Shown: positions 20,869-30,812 of the stretch, one piece after another
How the letters are laid out: each line of letters starts with the position of its first letter
How positions within the stretch are numbered: the first letter of the stretch is position 1
Assembly: GCA_003707115.1 (NCBI GenBank)
Contig: PPNB01000037.1
Coordinates: forward strand, 1 to 59,826
Direction: 5' to 3'
Length of the DNA stretch: 59,826 nucleotides
Source of the DNA: Tortispora ganteri
Lineage: Eukaryota
Made by a program: the position numbers and the translations under genes
Notes under the pieces: generated by a model
What the model saw: the letters and a program-made list of their open reading frames with translations, nothing else
What the model was told of the DNA's origin: nothing
Database searches by the model: none

Positions 20869-21397
20869 TAAACTTGAAGAGTAAAAGTTTCTAATCATAA
20901 GTAAGGGCAATTTTCTGCTTGCATTCTAATAGATTTCACCCGAGGACTAGCGTATTACTTGCTATTATTATAACAATACTCTATATATAACACTTTCATG
21001 CTAATTCCTTCATAAGTAATACAAAACTAGACAGCTAAATATAAGTTTACATTGTCTTTTTTAAGCAATTACCGATACTTTGCTCCAAAAATGCGAGACC
21101 GGCTCTTCCCCACACCAGCGATCTACCCACTAAACTTTAATTTTGAGCCAACGCTTCCCCGCTAAGAAAGACACTGACCACCTTTTCTCACACTTATCGA
21201 CGCTTTCCTATTATTTAAACTGCATCATCCCCTAGAAAAGTGTGATATTTTTTTTTTTATTTATAAACTATTTTAATTTGGCCACTTTCGAAACCGTGGC
21301 TTTTCTTCTATACGATTTTTTAATATCAATTAAGGCAGAAAGAAGGGAGGAAAACCGGGCGTAACACTCTTCTTCTTTTATCCTGCCTGATTCGATC

Positions 21398-24289
21398 ATG
21401 ACTACCGCAACTTCGGATCTGTCTAATACTACAAATGGTGCAGATACTAAGCTGGAAAAAGTTATAAATGGCAAAAAATTGCGTCGCTCATCATCTGATC
21501 TAAACAAGAGAGCGTATAAGTGCCCGGAACCAGGATGCGATAAATCTTTCACAAGAGCCGACCATTTATCCAGACACAGACTAAACCACAGCCCTGCTAG
21601 AATATTACGGTGCAGCTTTGAAGGCTGCGATAAAACATTTGTCAGAGAGGATTTGCTAAAGCGTCATGAGCAGAGACAGCGTCATAGAGGTTCGAAGAAA
21701 AAAGCCGAAGCTATTATGGCTGAACTCTGTTTCGATCCAGCTCCGATTCCCGGCTCTTCTCCCTCAGGTTCTGTGAAATCTGTGTCTACTACGGGAAATT
21801 TGACCTCTAATTTCTCTAATAATCGCCAGAATTCGGTTTCTTCCGTCAGTGCAGTTCCTATCCACTCGCATGCTTATCCGTACCCTCATCCGCATGCTCA
21901 TCCTCCAGTTCATCAACCACTCACCAACTCACCGAATGCAGCCTATAGCTGGCCTGAGAGCGCTTCCACCAACGTCCGTGTAGATAATGGCACATCAGTT
22001 GATGGCCAACTTGATGAACGCTCTACTACCAAAAGCTATCGGAGCTCCAATTCCGTGGCTGTTGCTTCACCTATAATGGCAAAACCAGTTCACGCAAACC
22101 ACTCATTCGGAATTAATAATGGCACTAACAATTCATCCAATGAAGGAAATTCTGATGCACCTTTGAATGGTTCTTCGTCAGCGGAAATTCCTTCTGTCAA
22201 CGGAACTGTTGATATTGGTGTATCTTCACATCCAGTGGCGTCCTCTTCTACTATAGTTTCAGCCAGTGCTACCACCAATGCGGTTCGTACCCCCGGTGAT
22301 TCCGCTTCTGCTTCTACATCTGCGGCTTCGGTTCCTGCTTCTGTCCCTATAGCTCCAACTGCCATGTCTGCCTCTCCAACAGTTCTCGCTCCTGGCACTG
22401 ATCTCGCTTCTGCTGCACAAAATGGCGAAGGTAATGAAAACTACAATAACCTAGAATCACAATCATTGTCTGGCAAGTTTAAATTTCCCAACGCTGATGC
22501 ATATAATGGCGATAGTGTTTCACAGGATTTGATTTCTTGGCTGTTCTCCAACCAGTCTCAAGTTGAATTTGGTAGTTTTGCTCAAGATGGACACATTAAT
22601 CTTGACTCTCCTATGTCTATTCCAAACTTAATTAGCCCTCCAGCTTCTCCACAAGACACTCTTATGACTGAAGTTAAGCGCCTTGATCTTATGGCGCTAA
22701 TCCCTTCTCTCGGCAACGATTCCAACCTGAGCCTACAACTTATGGATCATTACATATATCATTATTGGAAAGACTTTCACCCTCAGTTTCCTATTCTTCA
22801 TCGCCCATCTTTTTCTTCTGTTGACACGCCATCTCCTTTACTTTGGGCAATAATCCTTGTTGGTGCGGCGTTGTCTGGTAACAATGAAATAGCTGAGAAA
22901 ATTGCCGAACCTCTACGATGGGTTATTTTTCGTCTTCCTGGGTTTAGCCCTCCTGCACAGCTTTACGTTATACAAGCATTGCTTTTGCTAGAAGCGTTTG
23001 AGAAAACTATGGGATCAAGAGCTCTTCATGAACGAGCTCATGTTCATCACGCCACTACTCTTATGCTCCTAAGAAGGAGTTCGTCCATGCATGAAAGCGA
23101 TGCATCAGCAGATACGGGTCCGTGGAACCGATGGATTCAGTTTGAGTCTCGCAAGCGTGCCACTTTTATGGCTTTTATCTTAGACGTCCTACATGCTATT
23201 CTCTTCACTCATGGTTTGATTCTTTCAGTGCATGAACTTCGCTTGTCTATGCCGTGTGAAGAATCTTTATGGGAATCATACCCTTATAACGATGAGTCTA
23301 TGTCGAAGCGGAAGCCTGTCAATATGTCATTTGGAGATGCCATGAAGTTGGCTCTAAATAATCGCCCAGTTCCGTCTGGTGGTTTGGGAAAGCGCTCTGT
23401 TTTGGCCGGTATGATTGCTTTTTCTCTTCAAATGCAACTAAGAGATAGTGAGGTTAAGGCATTAGGATGGTCTGCTTTTCCTGATACATGGAGAGCTATA
23501 TTGACTCCCGCTTTTATCACATGGAAAGAAGACTATAGCTCTTATGAACTGGATCGAATTGTCCATTCTGTTTCTAAAGAAGGATCAAATTCTGGAGTTG
23601 ACTTAAATGGTGTACAAGATATTGCAGGTACACTCCAATTAGGATGTTTAGGTGCTGAAGTATATTCTGGACTTTTCTTGCTTCGCATGGGCATGTATGA
23701 CATTTTAGCATATGCTGGACTTCCATTTCAACGTGGCCGCCCTGTGAGTGCAACCGACTTTATGCAGTATAGAAAAAGAGTCTATGAATGGGCAACTTCA
23801 CGTGGTGGACTTGAAGCTTACTTCTATGCACTTAGACCGTTGATAGAGTCGTTTATATACCCAGGGGTGAGCGGTGGTTATTCTGCAGGTCGGGATACCG
23901 TACTTCACCGTCCGTTTGTGTTGTATACAGCTACAGTGGTAGTTTGGGCGTTTGGCTATATTAATTATGGATGTGAAAGTCATGTTTTGGAAGGTGTATC
24001 AGATTTTGAAGGCATTCATGAAGATCCTATTCCACTGGAGAGTGGAAAGTCATATCTTTTGCGCATGAGCCGAGCGAGCACCCCTGAAGAAATAATGCCA
24101 TACCCCAACAAGCATCACACTATTGGGTTACTGCAACTTTGTAGAGCTTCATTTGAGGATTCTCGTTGGTTCCTTATGAAAGAAAGTCGAAAGCTTTTGA
24201 ATCACATTATGCAGCGATCCATGGGGCGTGCGGAGAATCTGCAGTGTAATGAGCTACTTCCAGAGCTAACATTGAAGACAAACACTTGA
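21398..24289 (+). CDS. C2H2 zinc-finger transcription factor with fungal-specific TF domain
   Basis: Two C2H2 fingers (CPEPGCDKSFTRADHLSRH; CSFEGCDKTFVREDLLKRH), S/N/A-rich linker, YWKDFHPQFPILHRPSF, ESRKR, MPCEESLWE. Confidence 0.9.
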   Translation: MTTATSDLSNTTNGADTKLEKVINGKKLRRSSSDLNKRAYKCPEPGCDKSFTRADHLSRHRLNHSPARILRCSFEGCDKTFVREDLLKRHEQRQRHRGSKKKAEAIMAELCFDPAPIPGSSPSGSVKSVSTTGNLTSNFSNNRQNSVSSVSAVPIHSHAYPYPHPHAHPPVHQPLTNSPNAAYSWPESASTNVRVDNGTSVDGQLDERSTTKSYRSSNSVAVASPIMAKPVHANHSFGINNGTNNSSNEGNSDAPLNGSSSAEIPSVNGTVDIGVSSHPVASSSTIVSASATTNAVRTPGDSASASTSAASVPASVPIAPTAMSASPTVLAPGTDLASAAQNGEGNENYNNLESQSLSGKFKFPNADAYNGDSVSQDLISWLFSNQSQVEFGSFAQDGHINLDSPMSIPNLISPPASPQDTLMTEVKRLDLMALIPSLGNDSNLSLQLMDHYIYHYWKDFHPQFPILHRPSFSSVDTPSPLLWAIILVGAALSGNNEIAEKIAEPLRWVIFRLPGFSPPAQLYVIQALLLLEAFEKTMGSRALHERAHVHHATTLMLLRRSSSMHESDASADTGPWNRWIQFESRKRATFMAFILDVLHAILFTHGLILSVHELRLSMPCEESLWESYPYNDESMSKRKPVNMSFGDAMKLALNNRPVPSGGLGKRSVLAGMIAFSLQMQLRDSEVKALGWSAFPDTWRAILTPAFITWKEDYSSYELDRIVHSVSKEGSNSGVDLNGVQDIAGTLQLGCLGAEVYSGLFLLRMGMYDILAYAGLPFQRGRPVSATDFMQYRKRVYEWATSRGGLEAYFYALRPLIESFIYPGVSGGYSAGRDTVLHRPFVLYTATVVVWAFGYINYGCESHVLEGVSDFEGIHEDPIPLESGKSYLLRMSRASTPEEIMPYPNKHHTIGLLQLCRASFEDSRWFLMKESRKLLNHIMQRSMGRAENLQCNELLPELTLKTNT

Positions 24290-24354
24290 ATTTAAGGCAT
24301 GCATTGTACATTTGGTTTATAAATAATTTTTGCTCATCATATTATAGATAGATA

Positions 24355-26391
24355 TTATCTAGTAAAACGCACAGAGTTAGATGCCATGAATCCAATTACC
24401 CAGAACACTTTCATCCAGAAATTCCACTGACTAGAATTCCTATTTTGCTTGTCTGCAACCCCTGATAGAGTGACTATTCTTCCGTGACATGGAATTTTGT
24501 AAATTATGGTGCTCCATCGCTCTAATATATAACACCATTCTACAGCGCTCAATGGCATACATACGAAAGAAAGAGCCTCACCGATGATCTCCTGGTGAAG
24601 TGTACCAGTTATATCAGCAAACAAATATTCAGATGAGGCAATGTTATTATCAATGAGCGGGGTAATGGCAATCCTTAATTGACAAAAGTCAATTAGCATG
24701 CGAGTAATCTCTGACGGTAGGTATATAGTCAGATCTTTGCGATCGAGATCGGTGGATTTGTCACAGTTCGAACTCAAGTCAATTACTGCGACGTACTTAT
24801 CTTTTCTGATCTTTATATCCGATAATTTGATAGATGAGATAAATTCCATCTTTCTATAAGTTCCTTGCAACAATATGATCATGCTAACTAGGCAAAGCTG
24901 AATTTGACGAAACATTATATCCAAGATATCAGAACAAGACAAGAAAGAATAAAGTTCTTGAATAATATTCAGTCTTACTGCAGAATATTCCTGTTCAAGG
25001 CTTAGTATTTCCCTTGTGTTTCCTAATAGAATGTAAAAACGCGTGATGCAGGATTCCAATGTTGACCGTAAAGAAGTCATAGTGAATTCTTTTCCGTTCA
25101 ATTCAACAAACTCGGCGGAAATTCTCATTAGAGCCCTTTCCTTTTCTATGTACTTAATATTAGCGCTCTTGAAATGCACTTTAGGTTGGATACTGTCATT
25201 ATTATGAGAGCTTTGCAAGTTGCTATTAATATTGTACAGCAAATCCCAGAAAGGTATTGCTATTTCAGCGATATTGTCAGAAATATCATCGCTGCCTGAA
25301 GAGGAGCAAGCCACCAGGAATTCTAGTACCAAACTATCATCTGAGCATTCTTCTGCAAACAGCAATGTAGCGATTTGCTTCAATACCGTACATGTTGCAT
25401 TAGAAAGTGCAGAGGCGTGAGTTTGAGTTGCAGGATCAGGATATCCAGAAAAGAAAGGTATTTCGGTTTCAGAGTCCCTAATTCTATATAATGCAAAAGA
25501 TATGAACCGTATAGTGAGTTCTATATTTTCTCTGTTTGGCGATACACTGAGCTCTTGAAGTGCATTTGCCACCGCGGTGTCAAAAATAGGATTGTATGTC
25601 CATCTTGTGGTACAGAACTTGAGAGTAATGATCTCATTGACTGTCTTATATTTTGTATACTTGTATGCAATTTCTCTTGTATTCCAGGCGGGAATATCCC
25701 GACAAGGGGGGCTGAACTCAGACGCTGGTATAAATTCATCGCGATTGGGGTTTCGTGCGATGTCTTCTGAACGAAACGTCAGGTATATGGAACCAGGAAC
25801 CTGCTGAAGTGGATTCTCGGCAGAGTTAATAAGATTTTGGAGAGAGAAATTCAGGTTGAGGTGGGGAAATGCTGTCTTTATATCGTTATCATTAGTTGGA
25901 ACTGGCAGTGAAGAACAGAACCGTGCAGACTCCACTGGCAGGTTTTCTTTATGTACAGACTTAAAGTGAGCAGCAAGTTGTGAAGGCAGACACTGTTTCC
26001 TGCATATTAAACATTCGTAAGACCTTGCTCTCCAGTTGTAAAGAATGAAATTGTTGTTGAGATCGAGCGAATTAAGTTTCGCAAAGGAGGATATGTTCGC
26101 AATCATAAGAGAGTATAGCGCACAATCGCGCGTGCTTAAAAAGCGTGAGCCGTCTTTCGTAGTATAGTATCCATCAGGTCCACGCAAAATAGCTCCCGGT
26201 AGATTCTCTTCATGTATAGTGTCTAAATGATGCAGTAGCGACGTGTAGTCACCAAAAGTCCAATCACAAAGTGGACAAGTTTTCCCATCTTCAGACACGC
26301 TGAATGCATAATTCTTAGAATCTGGAGTATCGAAATACCTTAGCAATATTGGACTAATGTGTCCGAAGAAACGCGAAGACGCGCCTTGCAT
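24355..26391 (-). CDS. Orphan C2H2/DUF3505(OrsD)-like protein with a degenerate tyrosine-recombinase-like C-terminal domain
   Basis: Long uninterrupted ORF (first ATG 26391); CPLC..HHLDTIH; CLICRKQCLPSQLAAHFKSVH; GTYRKMEFISSI..KDLTIYLPSEITRMLIDF..YLF. Confidence 0.6.
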   Translation of the reverse strand: MQGASSRFFGHISPILLRYFDTPDSKNYAFSVSEDGKTCPLCDWTFGDYTSLLHHLDTIHEENLPGAILRGPDGYYTTKDGSRFLSTRDCALYSLMIANISSFAKLNSLDLNNNFILYNWRARSYECLICRKQCLPSQLAAHFKSVHKENLPVESARFCSSLPVPTNDNDIKTAFPHLNLNFSLQNLINSAENPLQQVPGSIYLTFRSEDIARNPNRDEFIPASEFSPPCRDIPAWNTREIAYKYTKYKTVNEIITLKFCTTRWTYNPIFDTAVANALQELSVSPNRENIELTIRFISFALYRIRDSETEIPFFSGYPDPATQTHASALSNATCTVLKQIATLLFAEECSDDSLVLEFLVACSSSGSDDISDNIAEIAIPFWDLLYNINSNLQSSHNNDSIQPKVHFKSANIKYIEKERALMRISAEFVELNGKEFTMTSLRSTLESCITRFYILLGNTREILSLEQEYSAVRLNIIQELYSFLSCSDILDIMFRQIQLCLVSMIILLQGTYRKMEFISSIKLSDIKIRKDKYVAVIDLSSNCDKSTDLDRKDLTIYLPSEITRMLIDFCQLRIAITPLIDNNIASSEYLFADITGTLHQEIIGEALSFVCMPLSAVEWCYILERWSTIIYKIPCHGRIVTLSGVADKQNRNSSQWNFWMKVFWVIGFMASNSVRFTR

Positions 26392-26989
26392 TGAAACGTT
26401 TCCCGTTACGATTGACGATGTCGAGACTTTCACGATAGGCAAGAATCACGAGACCGTAACAAACGTGGAACCACCTCCTTTACTCGTGCAAGCGGTCGTA
26501 TTGCGGGCGCGATTTGAATTTTGTCGTCAGATTCACGATTTAAAAGAAAACCCACTGTTTTTAATAAGGTTAGCTGGAAGCAATGTATATGTTATCGCGT
26601 ATGGTGTCGATATGTTGGGGCTCGACAGAGGTGATCTGATAGAAGTAGCAGGTTATGTATGCGTGGAAAAGCCTACGAAATACATTTCTGCTCACAAAAT
26701 TAAACGAATAGTAGCATTTGACAATCCTAGAATTAATAGAGAGATGGAAATATGGGCTAATTTCTGCTCTAACAGGCGAAGAGATGAACGATTCAACCTC
26801 AAGAAACGAAGCTTGCACTTCGATCCATATCACATTCAAAGCAGTGGTCGAACAGAAAAGGCGATTTATTTAATCGGACCCCGACTCAGCATTGTTCCTA
26901 AAGCAAAAGTAGACGGATATCCATCGAAAGCGACGCCTGATATTAAGGACATGAAAGAATTAGATATCATCGACGTCGTTGATCATTAG
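26357..26989 (+). CDS. Putative single OB-fold protein (RPA32/Stn1-like)
   Basis: 210-aa ORF; FPVTIDDV, LVQAVV, GDLIEVAGYV, YISAHKIKRI..D..INREMEIW fit the RPA32/Stn1 OB pattern by eye. Confidence 0.5.
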   Translation: MCPKKREDAPCIETFPVTIDDVETFTIGKNHETVTNVEPPPLLVQAVVLRARFEFCRQIHDLKENPLFLIRLAGSNVYVIAYGVDMLGLDRGDLIEVAGYVCVEKPTKYISAHKIKRIVAFDNPRINREMEIWANFCSNRRRDERFNLKKRSLHFDPYHIQSSGRTEKAIYLIGPRLSIVPKAKVDGYPSKATPDIKDMKELDIIDVVDH

Positions 26990-27506
26990 GTGTGATTTCT
27001 ACAAACTTGTACTTCCTATACCTACCCCCGTGTAGCTGTTTAAAACAGATCCTGTAACCGTCAATGCCGCTCAATTCATTCATCCACTCAAGTTCTATTA
27101 TTGCGTTCTTGTCGTCCGTGTGATCTGATAGCTTGTAGATCTCATCTCCACTGACAATACGCATACCGACCTCCTCGAACACCTCGCCACACACTTTCAC
27201 TACATCGTTCGTCTTAAGCTCATTCTTCCACTTCGTGTCCGTTCGAATTCGCACTTCATATCCAAATAGATCGCGAACATTTAGTGCTGTACATTCGGGA
27301 CTTTGTAGCGATTTGACTTTGTCCACTACGCCGATTAGCACTATCTTCTCCGCAATTAGAGTCTTGATACTATCGATCACGGTACTTATCACCGTATACG
27401 GTCCAACTGCAACGCTTGTATGCTTCTCAACATTTATTAGTGCTTCGTATGGGACCTCTTCGCACTCTTCAATAATCTTACCAGTCACCGGACATGTGCG
27501 ATACAT
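26967..27506 (-). CDS. Putative single OB-fold protein (RPA32/Stn1-like)
   Basis: 179-aa ORF; RTCPVTGKII, KIVLIGVV, LNVRDLFGYEV, DVVKVCGEV..GMRIV..EIYKL.D..IELEW. Confidence 0.55.
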   Translation of the reverse strand: MYRTCPVTGKIIEECEEVPYEALINVEKHTSVAVGPYTVISTVIDSIKTLIAEKIVLIGVVDKVKSLQSPECTALNVRDLFGYEVRIRTDTKWKNELKTNDVVKVCGEVFEEVGMRIVSGDEIYKLSDHTDDKNAIIELEWMNELSGIDGYRICFKQLHGGRYRKYKFVEITPNDQRRR

Positions 27507-27662
27507 TTAAGTATGCTTCACACGGTGATAAGGATAAGTTAAGCTTCCGCGTTAGTCTTATGTTGTCTAAATAATAACAATAAAAAATCATTCTTATCTC
27601 ATACCTACTAATGATAAATACGATGAATATTAACCAAAAACAGTGCCCTCATAATCTACAGA

Positions 27663-29873
27663 CTAAGCACAGCAGCATTGTCCGGGAGAGCACTTGCAAG
27701 CTGTAGCACATCCATGCTTTTTGGAGTTACAGTTGCATCCACATCCAAGGCTAACTGGTTCCATAGCACTGGTCTTGTTCGAGGAGCAGCAGCTATCGCC
27801 CATAGCAGCTTCGCCGGATGTCTTTCCGAATGCCAGTGCAGATGTACTATCCTTCATAGCATGTAATCCAGCCTTGTTAGCCTTGACATCACTGGTAGTG
27901 ACGTTAAACGACGCGGGAACGTCCAAAGCAGGGTTTCTTAAGAAAAAGTTACGAGGCCTCAAAAGCAAGTTAATAGGCTCAGCAGGCATGATAGGGAAAT
28001 CCTCAGGTGCTGGGAAGTGTGTGATACCAAATGTATGCCAAACAACAATATCGGTGTTTTCAACGCTGGCCTTGCCATCGCCAATCCACTCAGGAAGACC
28101 TCGACTAGGCTCACCGGAAGTTTGAGGAACATGATTTCCAGCAGGATAGAATTGACGGTCAACATATGGAGTGACATGAATAGCATTTCTAGCAAATCCA
28201 GCACGCTTCCAAACAAGAGATCCAGGCTTCGGCAAAAGCAAAGGAACTTCGCGCGAGACTAACTTGTAGGTAGCAGGCTTCTTGGAGTAAGGGTGAATCC
28301 TATTCGGATTGAACATGTCGTATGTTCGGCATCTGGGGCCATCGTAGCCATATTTCGCTTCCCCACATGTTTTAGGGACAGTTCTTTCAGCATAGAATGC
28401 ATTTCCATAGAAGTTTTCAGCGCTTCCTACAGGGGCGGCAGACTGGGCGCCATCCACTACGGCAAACGAATTGCCAGGGCCATCGATTTCTGGGTTAATG
28501 CGAAGACAGAACAAGTGCTGATGGTTGTGAGCATTGACTTTGGGGTAAACTTGAGTGCCATATCCCTTGAGATCATCATCCTCGTTGCAGATATAGGTGT
28601 TCAGAATACCGGTGAGCTTAATCTCTAATTGAATAGTACCGTCCATGTGGAAAATGTAGTAGACCATGTACTCGTAATTTGCAGCAGTGAAAATGTGAGA
28701 TATGACCAAGCGAACTCCACGAGTAACAATGGTGGTCTGGAAATCGTCTCTGAAATCAGAATGCTTAAAGAGGACTCCATCATCTTCCTCATGGATACAG
28801 ACGGCGTTCTTTATGGTAGAAACATTTCCATTTCTTTCAACGAAGTCAAAATCGAGATAATGGATAACACCCTTGCAGTCACAGCCAAGGGATAAAGGAT
28901 TCGTCATGTTACCAGCACCGTATTCACCAAGGTCGAATGCGTGTTTGCGCTGATGAGGGAAAGAAGGCTCACCATAGGGGACAACCATCTCCGCCAAAGA
29001 AAGTCTGTAGAATATAGAGCGAGGAGTACCCTTGTCATTGTAGAAGATATCCGAGAGTACAAGGCCTTCACGGTAATTAAAGCCAATGTGAAACTTGAAG
29101 TTCTGCCACTCGATGTAGCGGCCGTCCATTGAGAAATTGACGCCTTGGGGTTGGGTGACAGCAATAGGCTTGACTTCGCGAATAGGACCGACATCTTTGA
29201 TATTGAAGTTAGAGTGTTTGTACTTGGATACAGGGCGACGAACAGAGGGAATATCTATGGCGATAACTTCTTTCTTAGATGAGTCAACAATAGGGCAAAA
29301 ATCCAGAGGGTGAGAGTACTGAGAGTCATCTTCGTCGGATCTATAGTACATGAGAGCCTGTTGGAGACGTTCGGAAGTTCCAAAACGCTCATCATAGCCT
29401 ATTGTCCAGGGATCACAGTAGACCTTGTGCATCTCCTCTTTAGGAATACCAGAGAGTTCGCATTGTTTAATGACTCTGGGATCTTTGCGAATAACATCCT
29501 CAACGGTTCGGAGATCATCGGTAGTGATAATAGGGCACGCTCCGCTTGTCTGGTTGCACTCTTCAATCGATTTAGTAGTAATATTGACTACACCCTCGAA
29601 AAATCCGGTGCTCAACGAATCATCAAGAATGATGAAGTAGGCTTTGCGATCGGGGATCTTAGTGCCAGTCTCCTTCCAGAACTTGAATGCAGACTTGTCA
29701 GGCTCATGGAGAGTGACAGTGTTGAATCCAATAGAGTGTCCTTTAAAGGTATCACGAACGATACTCACAACAGTAGTAAGCTCGTAGACAGAGAGCGGAT
29801 CAAGAGGATGAGGAATACCAGCTTCCTTTGACGCAGTAGTATGGTTAGCGATTTGGTTAAGACGTTCAGCCAT
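27663..29873 (-). CDS. Copper amine oxidase (peroxisomal-type) with Cys-rich C-terminal tail
   Basis: PHPLDPLS, AFDLGEYG, TPQ motif ANYEY, Cu ligands HNHQH, WHTFGITHFPAPEDFPIMP; PTS2-like RLNQIANH. Confidence 0.95.
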   Translation of the reverse strand: MAERLNQIANHTTASKEAGIPHPLDPLSVYELTTVVSIVRDTFKGHSIGFNTVTLHEPDKSAFKFWKETGTKIPDRKAYFIILDDSLSTGFFEGVVNITTKSIEECNQTSGACPIITTDDLRTVEDVIRKDPRVIKQCELSGIPKEEMHKVYCDPWTIGYDERFGTSERLQQALMYYRSDEDDSQYSHPLDFCPIVDSSKKEVIAIDIPSVRRPVSKYKHSNFNIKDVGPIREVKPIAVTQPQGVNFSMDGRYIEWQNFKFHIGFNYREGLVLSDIFYNDKGTPRSIFYRLSLAEMVVPYGEPSFPHQRKHAFDLGEYGAGNMTNPLSLGCDCKGVIHYLDFDFVERNGNVSTIKNAVCIHEEDDGVLFKHSDFRDDFQTTIVTRGVRLVISHIFTAANYEYMVYYIFHMDGTIQLEIKLTGILNTYICNEDDDLKGYGTQVYPKVNAHNHQHLFCLRINPEIDGPGNSFAVVDGAQSAAPVGSAENFYGNAFYAERTVPKTCGEAKYGYDGPRCRTYDMFNPNRIHPYSKKPATYKLVSREVPLLLPKPGSLVWKRAGFARNAIHVTPYVDRQFYPAGNHVPQTSGEPSRGLPEWIGDGKASVENTDIVVWHTFGITHFPAPEDFPIMPAEPINLLLRPRNFFLRNPALDVPASFNVTTSDVKANKAGLHAMKDSTSALAFGKTSGEAAMGDSCCSSNKTSAMEPVSLGCGCNCNSKKHGCATACKCSPGQCCCA

Positions 29874-30013
29874 GGTCGTAATAAAGCGGTAAGGAGAAAT
29901 TGAACGAAAAAGTGGTGATATTTATATCGGAGTGCATTAGACTCTGATATCCATGTTAACTGACAATCTCGTTGATAAGATTTTCTTATTGGCTAAGGTA
30001 CGATTGAGATCGG

Positions 30014-30040
30014 TCTCATTACCCGATTTGGGTAATGAGA
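30014..30040. promoter_or_regulatory. Perfect 11-bp inverted repeat containing Reb1-like TTACCC(G) sites
   Basis: TCTCATTACCC-gattt-GGGTAATGAGA about 140 bp upstream of the amine oxidase ATG; GATAAG at 29974. Confidence 0.55.
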
Positions 30041-30812
30041 GCGACGAAGGCGAGGGAACCGCCTAATAAGGAGCCAGAACTCTATTACATACTGGAGCTT
30101 TTGGTGGGCATAGTGGGCTTCCCAACTTAGCTAGCTGAGCATCGAAACAAAGGCTCGAACACCAATCCTGGCTAGCGCGGCTTCTTCGCTTAGCAAATAA
30201 TCCAAAAATAGCCAGCCATTATAGTTAAAATACATTTCAGTAGAACCTTTATGTGTGATATTCTGTAGGTGTTGGGTAATGCTCGTCTCCAAGCGGTTCC
30301 CAAATTGGTTGGTCGGGCCTTACGGCTGACGGGCATATGCCGAAAATCGTACCATCAACACGTTATATACTTCCCGGATACTATTGCAGTTTACGGCTAA
30401 ATTTTCGATCTGATTTCTTTACGGTAATTGATGCTGGTTTAACTTGGAGTAATTTTTTTTGACCAAAATATATCTGCCCCTCCTGGTTAGCAGTATCAAT
30501 AATGCTGACCAATATTGTAGTCACAACACTGCATAACGTTTGCGAAAGTTGAGCATGAACGGTGCCCGTTCATTTAATTCATAGACATAAATACTGCTTG
30601 AATAGCTGCTTATTTTACACTATAGCGAACACCGCATAACTCTGAGTATGAATTTGCTGTAAGGGACCTTGCTTGTCCTTTAACGAAAAGGGTGAAACCC
30701 AAGCTGTTTTGTAAGGGCGCGTTCTAATTTATATACTAATACTTCATAGTCCATGCGCACTTTCCTTCCTTCTGCTACTTTTACTTGCAGCTGCAGACTG
30801 GCCTTCTGAATC

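Noticed and set aside
24290..27662. Terminal repeats or target-site duplication around the orphan cassette
   Set aside because: None visible by eye, so it is not annotated as a mobile element
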